From Verrucomicrobiota bacterium (lineage in GTDB: Bacteria > Verrucomicrobiota > Verrucomicrobiia > Limisphaerales > CANJSG01), in the NCBI GenBank assembly GCA_038209745.1, contig JBBQXJ010000027.1, positions 1-53,892 of the forward strand: a stretch of DNA of 53,892 nucleotides, in the 5' to 3' direction. Of the stretch, positions 27,318-36,881 are shown one piece after another (within the stretch, counting starts at the first letter, position 1; each line of letters begins with the position of its first letter). The notes beneath the pieces are model-generated. The model worked only from the letters and a program-made list of their open reading frames with translations. It searched no databases and was not told the origin of the DNA. A program made the translations under genes and the position numbers.

Positions 27318-30300
27318 TGCTCCAGGCCATCGTCCAGTTTTCCATCCGGTTCCGCGGCATCGTGGTGGCGCTGTCGTGCCTCGTCTTCGCCTACGGGATC
27401 TTCGTCGCCACCCGGGCCAAGCTGGATGTGTTCCCCGACTTCGTCCCTCCACAGGTGACGATCCAGACGGAGGCGCCGGGCCTGACGCCGGAACAGGTCG
27501 AGGTGTTGGTGACGCGTCCGGTCGAGACGGCGGTCAACGGACTGGGCAACCAGGAATCGCTCCGCTCGGAGTCCATCCAGGGCCTGTCCATCATCACCGT
27601 CGTCTTCAAGGAAGGCACCCCCATCCTGCCCGCCCGCCAGATGCTCGCGGAACGGCTCGGTGAAACCGCTGGCCTGCTGCCCGCCGGAGTGAAGTCCCCG
27701 AAGATCTCGCCGCTCACCTCGGCCACGATGGACCTGCTCAAGATCGGGCTGGTCAGCGAAACCATGTCGCCGATGGATCTGCGGACCTTCGCCGACTGGA
27801 CCCTGAAGCCGCGGCTGTTGGCCGTGCCTGGGGTGGCCCGCTGCATCGTGTTCGGCGGCGAGGTCCGGCAGCTCCAGGTCCGGGTCCATCCCGACCGGAT
27901 GCTCCGCTACAATGTCGCGATCGGCGACGTGCTCTCCGCAGCGCGATTGGCCGGAGGCGTGCGAGGGGCCGGGTTCGTCGAGACGGAGAACCAGCGCATC
28001 GTCGTCCAGACCGAGGGCCGCGCGCTCACGCCGCAGGTGCTTTCGCAGGTCGTCGTCGTCGCGGGGACCAATGGCCTGCCCGTCCGGCTCGGGGACGTGG
28101 CCACCGTGGCCGAGGGCGCGGAGCCGAAGTTCGGCGACACGCTGATCATGGGGCAGCCGGGCGTGCTGATGGCCATGGCCAGCCAATACGGTGCGAACAC
28201 GATGGAAGTGACGACCGCGCTGGAGGCGGCGCTGAAGGAGTTGGAGCCCGTTTTCAAAGGCGCCGGCATCAGGCTGTATCCGCGCCTTCACCGCCCGGCC
28301 TCGTTCATCGAGGTGTCGCTCGGGAACATCCGCCATTCGCTGCTGCTGGGCGCGGCGCTGGTGGCCATCGTGCTCTTCCTCTTCCTTGGCCACGTCCGCA
28401 CCGCCGTCATTTCGCTGACCGCCATTCCGCTGTCGCTGCTCGGTGCGATCATCGTGCTGGATTGGCTGGGTGTGACGCTCAACACCATCACGCTCGGCGG
28501 TTTGGCCATCGCCATCGGCGAAGTGGTGGACGACGCGATCATCGACGTGGAGAACATCCTGCGCCGGTTGCGGGAGAACCAGACGCTGGCGACGCCGCGC
28601 CCCGTGGCCCGCGTCGTCCTCGATGCTTCGCTCGAAGTCCGCACCGCCGTGGTCTACGCCACCTTCATCGTCGCCCTCGTGTTCCTGCCGGTGCTGACCT
28701 TGACCGGGCTCCAGGGCGCCTTCTTCGCTCCGCTGGCCTTCGCCTATATCCTTGCGATCCTGGTCTCGCTGGCGGTGGCCCTGACGCTGACCCCGGCGTT
28801 GACCATCCTGTTCTTCGCCAAGGGTGCGGGCCGCGAGACGCCCCCGAAGCTCCAGGGCTTCCTCCGCCGGAACTACGAGCGTCTGCTCGGGGGCGTGGCC
28901 CGGTATCCGGTGCCGGTCGTCGGCGTGGTCGTGCTGCTCTGCGTCTTAGCGCTGGCGCGGGTGCCGTTCCTCGGGGGCGAATTTCTGCCGGCGTTCCGCG
29001 AAGGGCATTTCGTCCTCCAGGTCTCGGCCGCGCCCGGCACCTCGCTTCCGGAAATGCTCCGCATCGGCAAGCAGGTGACGGACTCGCTCCTCAAGAATCC
29101 GGCCATCGACACCGTCGAGCTCCAGGCAGGACGGGCTGAACAGGGCGAGGACACCTGGGGCCCGCACCGCAGCGAGTTCCACGTCGAGCTCAAGCGCTTG
29201 GCCGGCCACGAGGAGAAGCAGGTGGGCGAGGAGATCCGCGCGCTGCTGGCAAAGGTTCCCGGCATCCAGTTCGAGGTGATGACGTTCCTTGGCGACCGCA
29301 TCAGCGAAAGCATCAGCGGCGAGACCGCTCCGGTGGTCGTGAATCTCTTCGGCGACGACCTGGACGCGCTCGACGCCAAGGCGGCGGAAGTGGCGGGCCT
29401 GTTGACCACCGATCTGAACGCGAAGGACGTGCAGGTGAAGTCGCCGCCGGGTGCGCCCCGCATGGCCGTCCGCTTGCGCACCGACCGGCTGGTGATGCTC
29501 GGATTCCGTCCGGTCGAAGTGCTGGAGGCCATCCAGATCGCCTACCAGGGCGCGGTCGTGGCGCAGGCGTATCACGGGAACCAGGTTTCCGACGTGTCGG
29601 TGATCCTGGATGGCGGGAGCCGCCGTGATCCGGAAGGCGTGGCCGACCTCGTCCTGCGCAACACGGCCGGCCTGAGCGTGCCGCTCCACGAACTGGCGGA
29701 CGTGTATCGGACCAGTGGACGCTTCTCCATCCTGCACGAAGGCGCCCGCCGCCGGCAGACCGTGACCTGCAGCCCGGGCTCGCGGGACGTGAAGTCCTTC
29801 GTGGCCGCCGCCCAGAAGACGATGGCGGCGAAGCTCATCCTGCCGCAGGGGATGTATCTGGAATTCGGCGGCGCGGCCGAAGCGCAGAGCCGGGCCACCC
29901 GCCAGCTCCTGCTCCACTCCGCCATTGCCGGCGTGGGAATCCTGCTGTTGCTGATCGTGGTGCTGGGCAACTGGCGGAACCTTTTCCTCCTGCTGATGAA
30001 CCTGCCCTTCGCCCTCGTCGGCGGCGTGATGGCCGTCTACCTGTTCGGCGGCGAAGGCGGCCTCTCCATGGGCGCGCTGGTCGGCTTCGTCACGCTGTTC
30101 GGCATCACGACACGGAACTCCATCATGCTGCTCTCGCACTACGAACACCTCGTGAGCGTCGAGGGTCGCGCGTGGAACGCCGCCACCGCCGTCCTCGGCG
30201 CCAGCGAACGTCTGGTGCCGATTCTCATCACCGCGCTGGTCACCGCGCTGGGGTTGTTGCCGCTGGCGCTCGGCAGCGGCGAAGCGGGCCGCGAAATCGA

Positions 30301-30433
30301 GGGGCCGATGGCCGTGGTGATCCTCGGAGGGCTGGTCACTTCCACCGCGTTGAACCTGCTGGTTCTCCCCGTCCTTTGCACCTGGTGGTTCGATCCTCGC
30401 AGGAAGGTCGGCGCCGAACCCGTTTCCTCCTAA
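27317..30433 (+). CDS. CusA/CzcA-family RND efflux transporter
   Basis: 1038 aa; LDVFPD, TEAPG..PE.VE, GEVVDDAIIDVEN, R..PILITA. Confidence 0.95.
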   Translation: MLQAIVQFSIRFRGIVVALSCLVFAYGIFVATRAKLDVFPDFVPPQVTIQTEAPGLTPEQVEVLVTRPVETAVNGLGNQESLRSESIQGLSIITVVFKEGTPILPARQMLAERLGETAGLLPAGVKSPKISPLTSATMDLLKIGLVSETMSPMDLRTFADWTLKPRLLAVPGVARCIVFGGEVRQLQVRVHPDRMLRYNVAIGDVLSAARLAGGVRGAGFVETENQRIVVQTEGRALTPQVLSQVVVVAGTNGLPVRLGDVATVAEGAEPKFGDTLIMGQPGVLMAMASQYGANTMEVTTALEAALKELEPVFKGAGIRLYPRLHRPASFIEVSLGNIRHSLLLGAALVAIVLFLFLGHVRTAVISLTAIPLSLLGAIIVLDWLGVTLNTITLGGLAIAIGEVVDDAIIDVENILRRLRENQTLATPRPVARVVLDASLEVRTAVVYATFIVALVFLPVLTLTGLQGAFFAPLAFAYILAILVSLAVALTLTPALTILFFAKGAGRETPPKLQGFLRRNYERLLGGVARYPVPVVGVVVLLCVLALARVPFLGGEFLPAFREGHFVLQVSAAPGTSLPEMLRIGKQVTDSLLKNPAIDTVELQAGRAEQGEDTWGPHRSEFHVELKRLAGHEEKQVGEEIRALLAKVPGIQFEVMTFLGDRISESISGETAPVVVNLFGDDLDALDAKAAEVAGLLTTDLNAKDVQVKSPPGAPRMAVRLRTDRLVMLGFRPVEVLEAIQIAYQGAVVAQAYHGNQVSDVSVILDGGSRRDPEGVADLVLRNTAGLSVPLHELADVYRTSGRFSILHEGARRRQTVTCSPGSRDVKSFVAAAQKTMAAKLILPQGMYLEFGGAAEAQSRATRQLLLHSAIAGVGILLLLIVVLGNWRNLFLLLMNLPFALVGGVMAVYLFGGEGGLSMGALVGFVTLFGITTRNSIMLLSHYEHLVSVEGRAWNAATAVLGASERLVPILITALVTALGLLPLALGSGEAGREIEGPMAVVILGGLVTSTALNLLVLPVLCTWWFDPRRKVGAEPVSS

Positions 30434-30606
30434 GAGCCTGTCTGAAAATGAAAATCCGGCCGCATCATCCCGTCAGGCCCCTCACCGCGGCCCTGTCCCC
30501 GTCGGACGGGGAGAGGGTGGCCGCAGGCCGGGTGAGGGGTTCAACGGTCTTCCTCTTCCCCACGCGGCCCGGTCCTGTCCATTGCGGGACATTTCCAAAC
30601 CGGTTC
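30434..30606. mobile_element. Probable MITE with IS5-family (IS1031-like) termini
   Basis: Left end GAGCCTGTCTGAAAAT (30434-30449) and right end ATTTCCAAACCGGTTC (30591-30606) are inverted repeats matching at 12 of 16. Flanks are TAA and TGA (TNA target). Confidence 0.5.
30478..30539. repeat. CCCCTCACC...GGTGAGGGG palindromic element, copy 2
   Basis: Same termini and CCCCGTC.GACG..GAGAGGG core as 9268-9328. Confidence 0.8.
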
Positions 30607-30612
30607 TGACCC

Positions 30613-31287
30613 ATGCGCGTGCTCGTCGTCGAGGACCACAAGAACACCGCCGCCTTCATCCGCAAGGCGCTCCAGGCGGAAGGGTTCGCGGTCGATGTCT
30701 GCGACAACGGGGACGACGCCCTCCTCGCCGCCACGACCACGCCGTTCGACGCGCTTGTCCTCGACATCATGCTGCCGGGTCGCGACGGGTTGAGCGTGCT
30801 CAAACAGTTGCGGACCCGGCGCAACGCCACCCCCGTCTTGCTGCTCTCGGCCCGGGGTGAAGTGGACGAACGGATCGAAGGCCTGGACTCCGGTGCGGAC
30901 GACTATCTTCCCAAGCCTTTCGTCGTGGCCGAACTTATCGCGCGGGTCCGCGCCCTCGGTCGTCGCGGACAGGAGAACCGGTCGACGGTGCTGCGCGTCG
31001 CCAACCTCACTCTCGACACGGTCACCCGTCAGGCCGGACGCGGCGGCACCGTCATCGAACTCACGGTCCGCGAATATCGGCTGCTCGAATTCCTCATGCG
31101 CTCCGCCGGACGCATCTGCGGACGCATGACCATTCTCGAGAAGGTCTGGGACTACGGCTTCGACCCGGGAACGAACATCGTCGACGTCTACATCCGCCGG
31201 CTCCGCGAAAAAGTGGACGACGGTTTCGAGCCCAAGCTCCTCCACACGGCCCGCGGCGTGGGCTACGTCCTGAAGGAGACTCCATGA
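30613..31287 (+). CDS. OmpR-family response regulator (CusR/CzcR-like)
   Basis: VEDH, LDIMLPG.DG, GADDYLPKPF, TNIVDVYIRRLR.K, TARGVGY. Confidence 0.95.
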   Translation: MRVLVVEDHKNTAAFIRKALQAEGFAVDVCDNGDDALLAATTTPFDALVLDIMLPGRDGLSVLKQLRTRRNATPVLLLSARGEVDERIEGLDSGADDYLPKPFVVAELIARVRALGRRGQENRSTVLRVANLTLDTVTRQAGRGGTVIELTVREYRLLEFLMRSAGRICGRMTILEKVWDYGFDPGTNIVDVYIRRLREKVDDGFEPKLLHTARGVGYVLKETP

Positions 31288-32375
31288 CGATCCGCACCCG
31301 GCTCACGCTCTGGTATGCGGGTGTCCTTTGCGCCTCGATCCTCGTCATCGGGGTTGTCGCCTATCGCGAGTTCGTCCTGGAGAAGAACCGCAATGTGAGG
31401 TCCGCGCTCAAGAAGGCCGGCCAGCCCGATCTGGAGGGTCCCGAAGAAGAGTTGCGCGAACTCCGCGAGATCCTCCTCTCCTACGTGTTGCCGTCGGTGG
31501 CCCTGGCCGTGGGCGGAGGCTGGGTGTTGACCCGCAAGGCCTTGGCCCCCGTCGCGGCCTTGACGGCGGCAGTCGGCCATATCGACGAACGGACGGTTGG
31601 CCAGGCCTTGCCCCGCACCGGCAACGGCGACGAGCTCGACCGCCTCACCGAGGTGTTCAACGACATGACGGCGCGGCTCGACGATTCCTTCCAGCGCATC
31701 CGCGACTTCACCCTGCATGCTTCACACGAGCTGAAGACCCCGCTCACCGTGTTGCATGGCGAACTGGAGGCCGCGCTCCAGGATCCCGCACTGCCCCCCG
31801 CCCACCGGGAGCGTTGCCAGACCCAGCTCGACGAAGTGCAACGCCTCGCCGCCATCGCCGACGGCCTCACCCTCCTGACCAAGGCCGACGCCGGCCAGGT
31901 CTCGCTCGCCCGCGAACCGGTTCAGTTCGACGACCTTGTCCGGGACGCCCTGGACGACGCCTTGATCTTGGCGCGACCGCACGGCGTTCGGGTTGAACTG
32001 GCCCAGTGCGAGTCGTTGATCGTCGCGGGCGATCGCCATCGGTTGCGGCAGCTCCTGCTCAACCTCACGGACAACGCGGTCAAATACAACGAGCGCGGCG
32101 GCAGCGTGACCCTCGCGTTGCGGCGCATGGGGGACGCAGCCGAACTCACCGTGGCCAACACCGGACCCGGCATTCCGCCGGAGAAGATCGCGCGGGTTTG
32201 CGACCGGTTCTTCCGGGCGGACGCCAGCCACAACAACGCCGTCGAAGGGTGCGGGCTCGGTATGAGCATCGTGCAATGGATCGTCACCGCGCACGGCGGA
32301 ACCATCCGGGTCAGGTCGTTGCCGGAACCGCTCACGACCGTGACGGTGCGGCTCCCGGTCGCGGTTGCTGTTTGA
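31284..32375 (+). CDS. Heavy-metal-type sensor histidine kinase
   Basis: Two TMs, HAMP, ASHELKTPL, NLTDNAVKY, G.GLGMSIV. ATGA overlap with the regulator. Confidence 0.93.
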   Translation: MTIRTRLTLWYAGVLCASILVIGVVAYREFVLEKNRNVRSALKKAGQPDLEGPEEELRELREILLSYVLPSVALAVGGGWVLTRKALAPVAALTAAVGHIDERTVGQALPRTGNGDELDRLTEVFNDMTARLDDSFQRIRDFTLHASHELKTPLTVLHGELEAALQDPALPPAHRERCQTQLDEVQRLAAIADGLTLLTKADAGQVSLAREPVQFDDLVRDALDDALILARPHGVRVELAQCESLIVAGDRHRLRQLLLNLTDNAVKYNERGGSVTLALRRMGDAAELTVANTGPGIPPEKIARVCDRFFRADASHNNAVEGCGLGMSIVQWIVTAHGGTIRVRSLPEPLTTVTVRLPVAVAV

Positions 32376-32540
32376 GCGGGCCCGATTTTCGCGAACCACG
32401 ACGAAGCGAACCAACGGAGCGCGGACTGTCACGCCCGCGAGTCCGGCATTGATCAGCGAGACGGTGAACCACCCGACGACATATTCTCCGGGATATTGAG
32501 GAGCGTTCATGGTTTCTGGACGGGCGGTTCGATGTCGGGG

Positions 32541-32840
32541 TCACGGATCGAGATGTGTCCGGATCCACTCTGGATCTCGGCGGCAGTCGACCACCGCCCA
32601 GACGACCGCAGTCTCTTCTGAGAAGGTATAGTAGATCGCGTAGGGGAAGATTCGGCTCAGAAGCCTGCGATAGTCCTTGTAGGCAAGCCGCTGAACCCCG
32701 GCCGTTATTCTGAGCCGCTCTATGTCGCCCCGCAGGCTGGACGCGAAGTAGTCGCCCAAACCCGCTTCCTGTGATTCGTAGAACCAGAACCCTTCGTTCA
32801 GATCCTGAAGCGCGTCTTCAGAAATCCGAATCGTGATCAT
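32541..32840 (-). CDS. RelE/ParE-family toxin
   Basis: A.QDL.....FYE.QE.GLG..F and FPYAIYY patterns; overlaps the antitoxin stop. Confidence 0.85.
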   Translation of the reverse strand: MITIRISEDALQDLNEGFWFYESQEAGLGDYFASSLRGDIERLRITAGVQRLAYKDYRRLLSRIFPYAIYYTFSEETAVVWAVVDCRRDPEWIRTHLDP

Positions 32841-33046
32841 GCCCGCCCTATCGTGTGCTTCGCCTGGTTCCAGTCCTGGATTTTGGAACGACCTGTTGCG
32901 GCGCGCTCCCGGCGGGAGTCCAGAAGGTCCTGGTGCTCCTTGGGTGGGGCGATGTTTTCGACGTGGGATCGAAGATCGACCCAGATCGCCTCCATGATCT
33001 GGAGCTTCTCGCGGAGAGGGAGCTTGGCGACTTCGGCGAGGTTCAT
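32837..33046 (-). CDS. Addiction-module antitoxin (TIGR02574-like)
   Basis: LP..EKLQIMEAIW.DL, H..LLD.R, W..AK; 69 aa directly upstream of the toxin. Confidence 0.85.
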   Translation of the reverse strand: MNLAEVAKLPLREKLQIMEAIWVDLRSHVENIAPPKEHQDLLDSRRERAATGRSKIQDWNQAKHTIGRA

Positions 33047-33219
33047 CAGGGGTGGAAACTACTTCACCGGGCCGGCCCTTGTCAGCGGGATTCTTTCAGG
33101 GGAGACCTGTCCAGCACGGTCGAAATAGCGCACTCCCGACTGGCAGTCCGAATCGCAAATCACCTTCATTTTTCGTCGTGACGAGTCGCGCCGGAAGATG
33201 CCCTCCGGCGAGCGAGGAA

Positions 33220-33456
33220 TTATCTGCGTCGCGCCGTCACACCGACAACGATCCCGACAATCGGCGGCAGAACCCACATTCGGTCATATATCACCGTCCA
33301 CTGTTCGGACGCTCCATTGTAGATCCCCAGCACACGAGTGAAGAAGCCCAACGCGAAATATCCAAGCGCCCCCACTCCGAAGACTCCAATGCCGATTCCG
33401 ATGGCAGCCAAAGTGTCATAGGACCTGTTGGATGCCTTTAGCTCGTCATCAGTCAT
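33220..33456 (-). CDS. Small two-TM membrane protein
   Basis: Two hydrophobic segments and a basic C-terminus; starts 11 nt after the flavoprotein stop. Confidence 0.55.
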   Translation of the reverse strand: MTDDELKASNRSYDTLAAIGIGIGVFGVGALGYFALGFFTRVLGIYNGASEQWTVIYDRMWVLPPIVGIVVGVTARRR

Positions 33457-33467
33457 GCGGTAAGAGC

Positions 33468-34664
33468 CTACCGATCCCGATCAATCCACGCCACCGCCGA
33501 CTGCGCGGCGCGGGTGCCGGTGGCGAAGCAGCCCTGCAAGAGGTAGCCGCCGGTGGGGGCTTCCCAGTCGATCATTTCTCCGGCGACGAAGAGGCCGGGA
33601 AAGCGTTCCAGCATCAGATCGGCGTCGAGCTCGCTCCAGCAGACGCCGCCGGCGGAGGAGATGGCTTCGGCCAAAGGACGGGGGCGGAGGAGCGGGATGA
33701 CGCAGTGTTTCGCCTCCCGGGCCAGCGACTCGACGCTGGTCCAGGATTTGCGGGCGAGGATGGCGTGGGTGGCGTCGCCGAGGCGCCAGCGGACGAGGGC
33801 CTCGCCGAGAAAATTGCGCTTCACGCGCAGCATCTTCACCATGAGCTGTTCGTGGGTGAAGGAGGGCTTGAAATCGATGGCGATGGCCGGCTCGGACATG
33901 GCGCGGAGCGTGGCCCCGAGCTGGTAGATGGCGCCGCCTTCCAGACCGTAGCGGGTGATGAGCAGTTCGCCGATGGCGGTGCGCGCGCCGGCGCGGACGT
34001 GGATGTTCTTCAGCGGCTGCCCTTCGGCTTGGGCGAGGACTTCGGCGGGCCAGCCGTGTTCCCAACCGCAGTTGGCCGGAGCCAGCGGATGGTGGGCGAT
34101 GCCGAGCTGCGCGAAGACCTGGGTCCAAGCGCCGTCGGAACCGGTCTTGCCCCAGGAACCGCCTCCGAGCGCGAAGACCACGGCGTCGGCGGTGACGGAC
34201 GCGCCATGGGCGAAGCCGAGCCGATGCGGCCGCTCCGGTTCGAGCGAGGTCCAGCGGTGGTTCATCGCGAAGCGGACGCCGAGACCGCGCAGCCGTTCCA
34301 CCCAGCGGCGGAGCAGGGGAGCGGCCTTCATCGCCGTCGGGTAGACGCGGCCGCTGGTGGCCTGGAAGGTTTCCACCCCGAGGTTTGCCGCCCATTCGCG
34401 CAGGGCGGCGGGATCGAATCCGGCGAGCAGCCCGGGCCAGAGGTCCGTCGGTTGATCGGAGCCTGAGTAGCGGGTGGCGAAACGTTCGAGCGGTTCGCCA
34501 TGGGTGAGGTTGAGACCGCCTTTGCCGGCCACGAGGAACTTCCGCCCGACCGAAGGCTTGGCGTCGTAGAGCGTGACCTCGAGACCGGCGGCCGCGGCGA
34601 CTTCCGCCGCGCGCAGACCGGCTGGACCGCCGCCGAGGACGGCGAGTTGGGTGTGGCTGTTCAG
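33468..34664 (-). CDS. HI0933/TIGR03862-family flavoprotein
   Basis: Extending track ORF 33468..34532 upstream recovers VLGGGPAGL and GRKFLVAGKGGLNLTH. Also AISSAGGV and WEAPTGGYLL. Start appears non-canonical (CTG 34664). Confidence 0.88.
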   Translation of the reverse strand: MNSHTQLAVLGGGPAGLRAAEVAAAAGLEVTLYDAKPSVGRKFLVAGKGGLNLTHGEPLERFATRYSGSDQPTDLWPGLLAGFDPAALREWAANLGVETFQATSGRVYPTAMKAAPLLRRWVERLRGLGVRFAMNHRWTSLEPERPHRLGFAHGASVTADAVVFALGGGSWGKTGSDGAWTQVFAQLGIAHHPLAPANCGWEHGWPAEVLAQAEGQPLKNIHVRAGARTAIGELLITRYGLEGGAIYQLGATLRAMSEPAIAIDFKPSFTHEQLMVKMLRVKRNFLGEALVRWRLGDATHAILARKSWTSVESLAREAKHCVIPLLRPRPLAEAISSAGGVCWSELDADLMLERFPGLFVAGEMIDWEAPTGGYLLQGCFATGTRAAQSAVAWIDRDR

Positions 34665-34975
34665 AGGGGAAACGCTAGTTGGCTGAAGAATGGAAGAGGA
34701 TCAAAGAGTTCCGAATTCGATCTGTTTCAGATAGATGAACCCGGGGGCTTTGACGCCGGCCTCTTGGCGGATGACTCCCGGGTCGTCGAGGAGATTGGCG
34801 GCGAACCCCCGTTCGCCGCTACGGGGCGGCAAGGTCTGGAAGATGGTTCCGGGGAAAGTGGACTGCGCGAAATCCGAGATCCCAAGGCCGAACCAGCCCA
34901 AAAATCTTGGTCGAGCCGCAGGATTGGATCATCTCGCACTTGTTCGAGGAACAGGCACAGGGCAGCTTCAGCTTC

Positions 34976-36271
34976 ATGAATCGACGAACTTGCTCCTCTC
35001 TGCTGGCCCTGATGATCGGGACATTGCCGGCAATCTCCGCAGAACTGCCCCAGACCAAACTGGAGGTGGTGACCGAGGGGTTGACCTCGCCCATGGCCCT
35101 TGTGGAACTGCCGGACGGCGCGCGGATCGCGGTGGACCAGGTCGGGTTCATCCGGGCTTTGGGGACGGACGGGAAATTGGCGGAGGAGCCGGTCGCGGAC
35201 TTCACCGACAGGATGATCACGATCAACCGGAACTATGACGAACGGGGCCTTTTGGACCTGGTGCTGCATCCGAAGTTCAAGTCGAACCGGAAGGTGTTCG
35301 TCTACTATTCCGCTCCCAAGGATTCGGCGGTTCCATCGGATTGGGACTCCAGCAGCGTGGTCGCAGAATACACCCTGAAGAAGGGTTCGCCGCTCAAGCT
35401 GGACATGGCTTCTGAGAAAGTCCTGCTGCGGTTCGGGCACCCGTTCGGGAACCACAACGGCGGCCGGATGGCCTTCGGTCCGGACGGGTTCCTCTACATC
35501 GGCTCGGGCGATGGCGGCGCGGCGAACGACCAGGGTCGGCGGCCGCCCGAAGGCAACGGGCAGAACCTGCAGACCCTGCTCGGCAAGATTCTTCGCATCG
35601 ACGTGGACAACGGTCAGCCCTATGGGGTGCCTACGGACAATCCTTTCGCGGACGGCAAGAGCGGCCGGGCGGAGATCTTCGCCTACGGGTTCAGGAATCC
35701 ATGGGGAGTGTCGTTCGATCGGGGTGGCAACCATGAGCTGTTCGTCGCGGACGTGGGGCAGAATCTCTTCGAGGAAGTGGACATCGTGGTGAAGGGTGGA
35801 AACTACGGGTGGAACCTGCGTGAGGGCTTCCAGCCGTTTGATCCGAAGAGTGCGAAGCCGGGGCCGGGGACCGGAGCGAGCAAGGGCTCGCGGGGCGAAC
35901 CGCTCTTGGATCCGATCGTTGACTATCCGCACCGCACGCAACCGGCGACGGCGGTGCAGGGCATCAGCATCACGGGCGGCTACGTGTATCGGGGCAAGAC
36001 GATTCCCTCTTTGGTGGGGCGCTACGTCTTTGCGGACTGGGCGCGGAACCAGGGCGTGGGCGATGGACGGTTGCTCGTGGCGACGCGTCCGACGAGCGGA
36101 TCGAAGTGGGATCTGGCGGAGCTGCCTGTCGATCGGGATTCGAGCAAGCCCGGTCCCTACATCACGGCGCTGAGCGAATCCCGCGACGGGGAACTGTATG
36201 TGTTGATCCACGATCGGGGAAACCCCACAGGCACGGGTGGGAAGGTCATGAAGCTGGTCCCGGCGAAGTGA
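34976..36271 (+). CDS. Secreted PQQ-dependent sugar dehydrogenase (GSDH family)
   Basis: Signal peptide; ERGLL, NHNGG, GDGG, GKILRID, YGFRNPW, DVGQN..EE, GGNYGW. Confidence 0.9.
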   Translation: MNRRTCSSLLALMIGTLPAISAELPQTKLEVVTEGLTSPMALVELPDGARIAVDQVGFIRALGTDGKLAEEPVADFTDRMITINRNYDERGLLDLVLHPKFKSNRKVFVYYSAPKDSAVPSDWDSSSVVAEYTLKKGSPLKLDMASEKVLLRFGHPFGNHNGGRMAFGPDGFLYIGSGDGGAANDQGRRPPEGNGQNLQTLLGKILRIDVDNGQPYGVPTDNPFADGKSGRAEIFAYGFRNPWGVSFDRGGNHELFVADVGQNLFEEVDIVVKGGNYGWNLREGFQPFDPKSAKPGPGTGASKGSRGEPLLDPIVDYPHRTQPATAVQGISITGGYVYRGKTIPSLVGRYVFADWARNQGVGDGRLLVATRPTSGSKWDLAELPVDRDSSKPGPYITALSESRDGELYVLIHDRGNPTGTGGKVMKLVPAK

Positions 36272-36341
36272 GCCGGACAGCTGATCGACCGTTTGACGAA
36301 GATCTTTTCATGATGGGAGACCGTCCTTAGCGACCACGCCC

Positions 36342-36881
36342 ATGGATACCTCGGAGAACGCTCTTGAGCCGCCTGGCGCTCCCTCTTGGTGGCGGGTGGC
36401 CCTAGTTGGGCGGCGTCCCCGGGCGACAGCGATCCGGTCGGCGATCCTCCTGGTATTGGGACTGATCCTCGTCGGGTTGAGCATTCTCGTGGTAAAGCCG
36501 GTCCGGGTCAGCGGCATCAGCATGGAGCCGACCTATCACAACGGGTCCTTCAACTTCATCAATCGCGCGGCCTACTGGTGGTCCGAGCCCAAGCGGGGCG
36601 ATGTGGTGGGCTACAGCTTCACGGGGCAACACGCGATGCTCTTCAAGCGGATCATCGGCCTGCCGGGAGAGACGGTCCAACTCCGGGAAGGCCGTGTTTT
36701 CATCGACGGCGAGCTGCTGGAGGAACCGTATCTGGTGCACCGGATCCGCTGGAACACGAAGCCGGTGACCATGAAGGCGGACGAATACTATCTGATCGGC
36801 GACAATCGAGGGATGCCTCAGGAGAACCATGACTTCGGCCGAGGCAGCCGGCGCAAGATCGTTGGAAAGGCATCGTGGTAA
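36342..36881 (+). CDS. lepB: Signal peptidase I
   Basis: SMEPT, RGDVV, KRIIGLPGE, GDNR. Confidence 0.92.
   Translation: MDTSENALEPPGAPSWWRVALVGRRPRATAIRSAILLVLGLILVGLSILVVKPVRVSGISMEPTYHNGSFNFINRAAYWWSEPKRGDVVGYSFTGQHAMLFKRIIGLPGETVQLREGRVFIDGELLEEPYLVHRIRWNTKPVTMKADEYYLIGDNRGMPQENHDFGRGSRRKIVGKASW

Noticed and set aside
32376..33467. Integron cassette array of small co-oriented genes
   Set aside because: No RYYYAAC...GTTRRRY attC structure seen in the spacers, and no integrase in the window.
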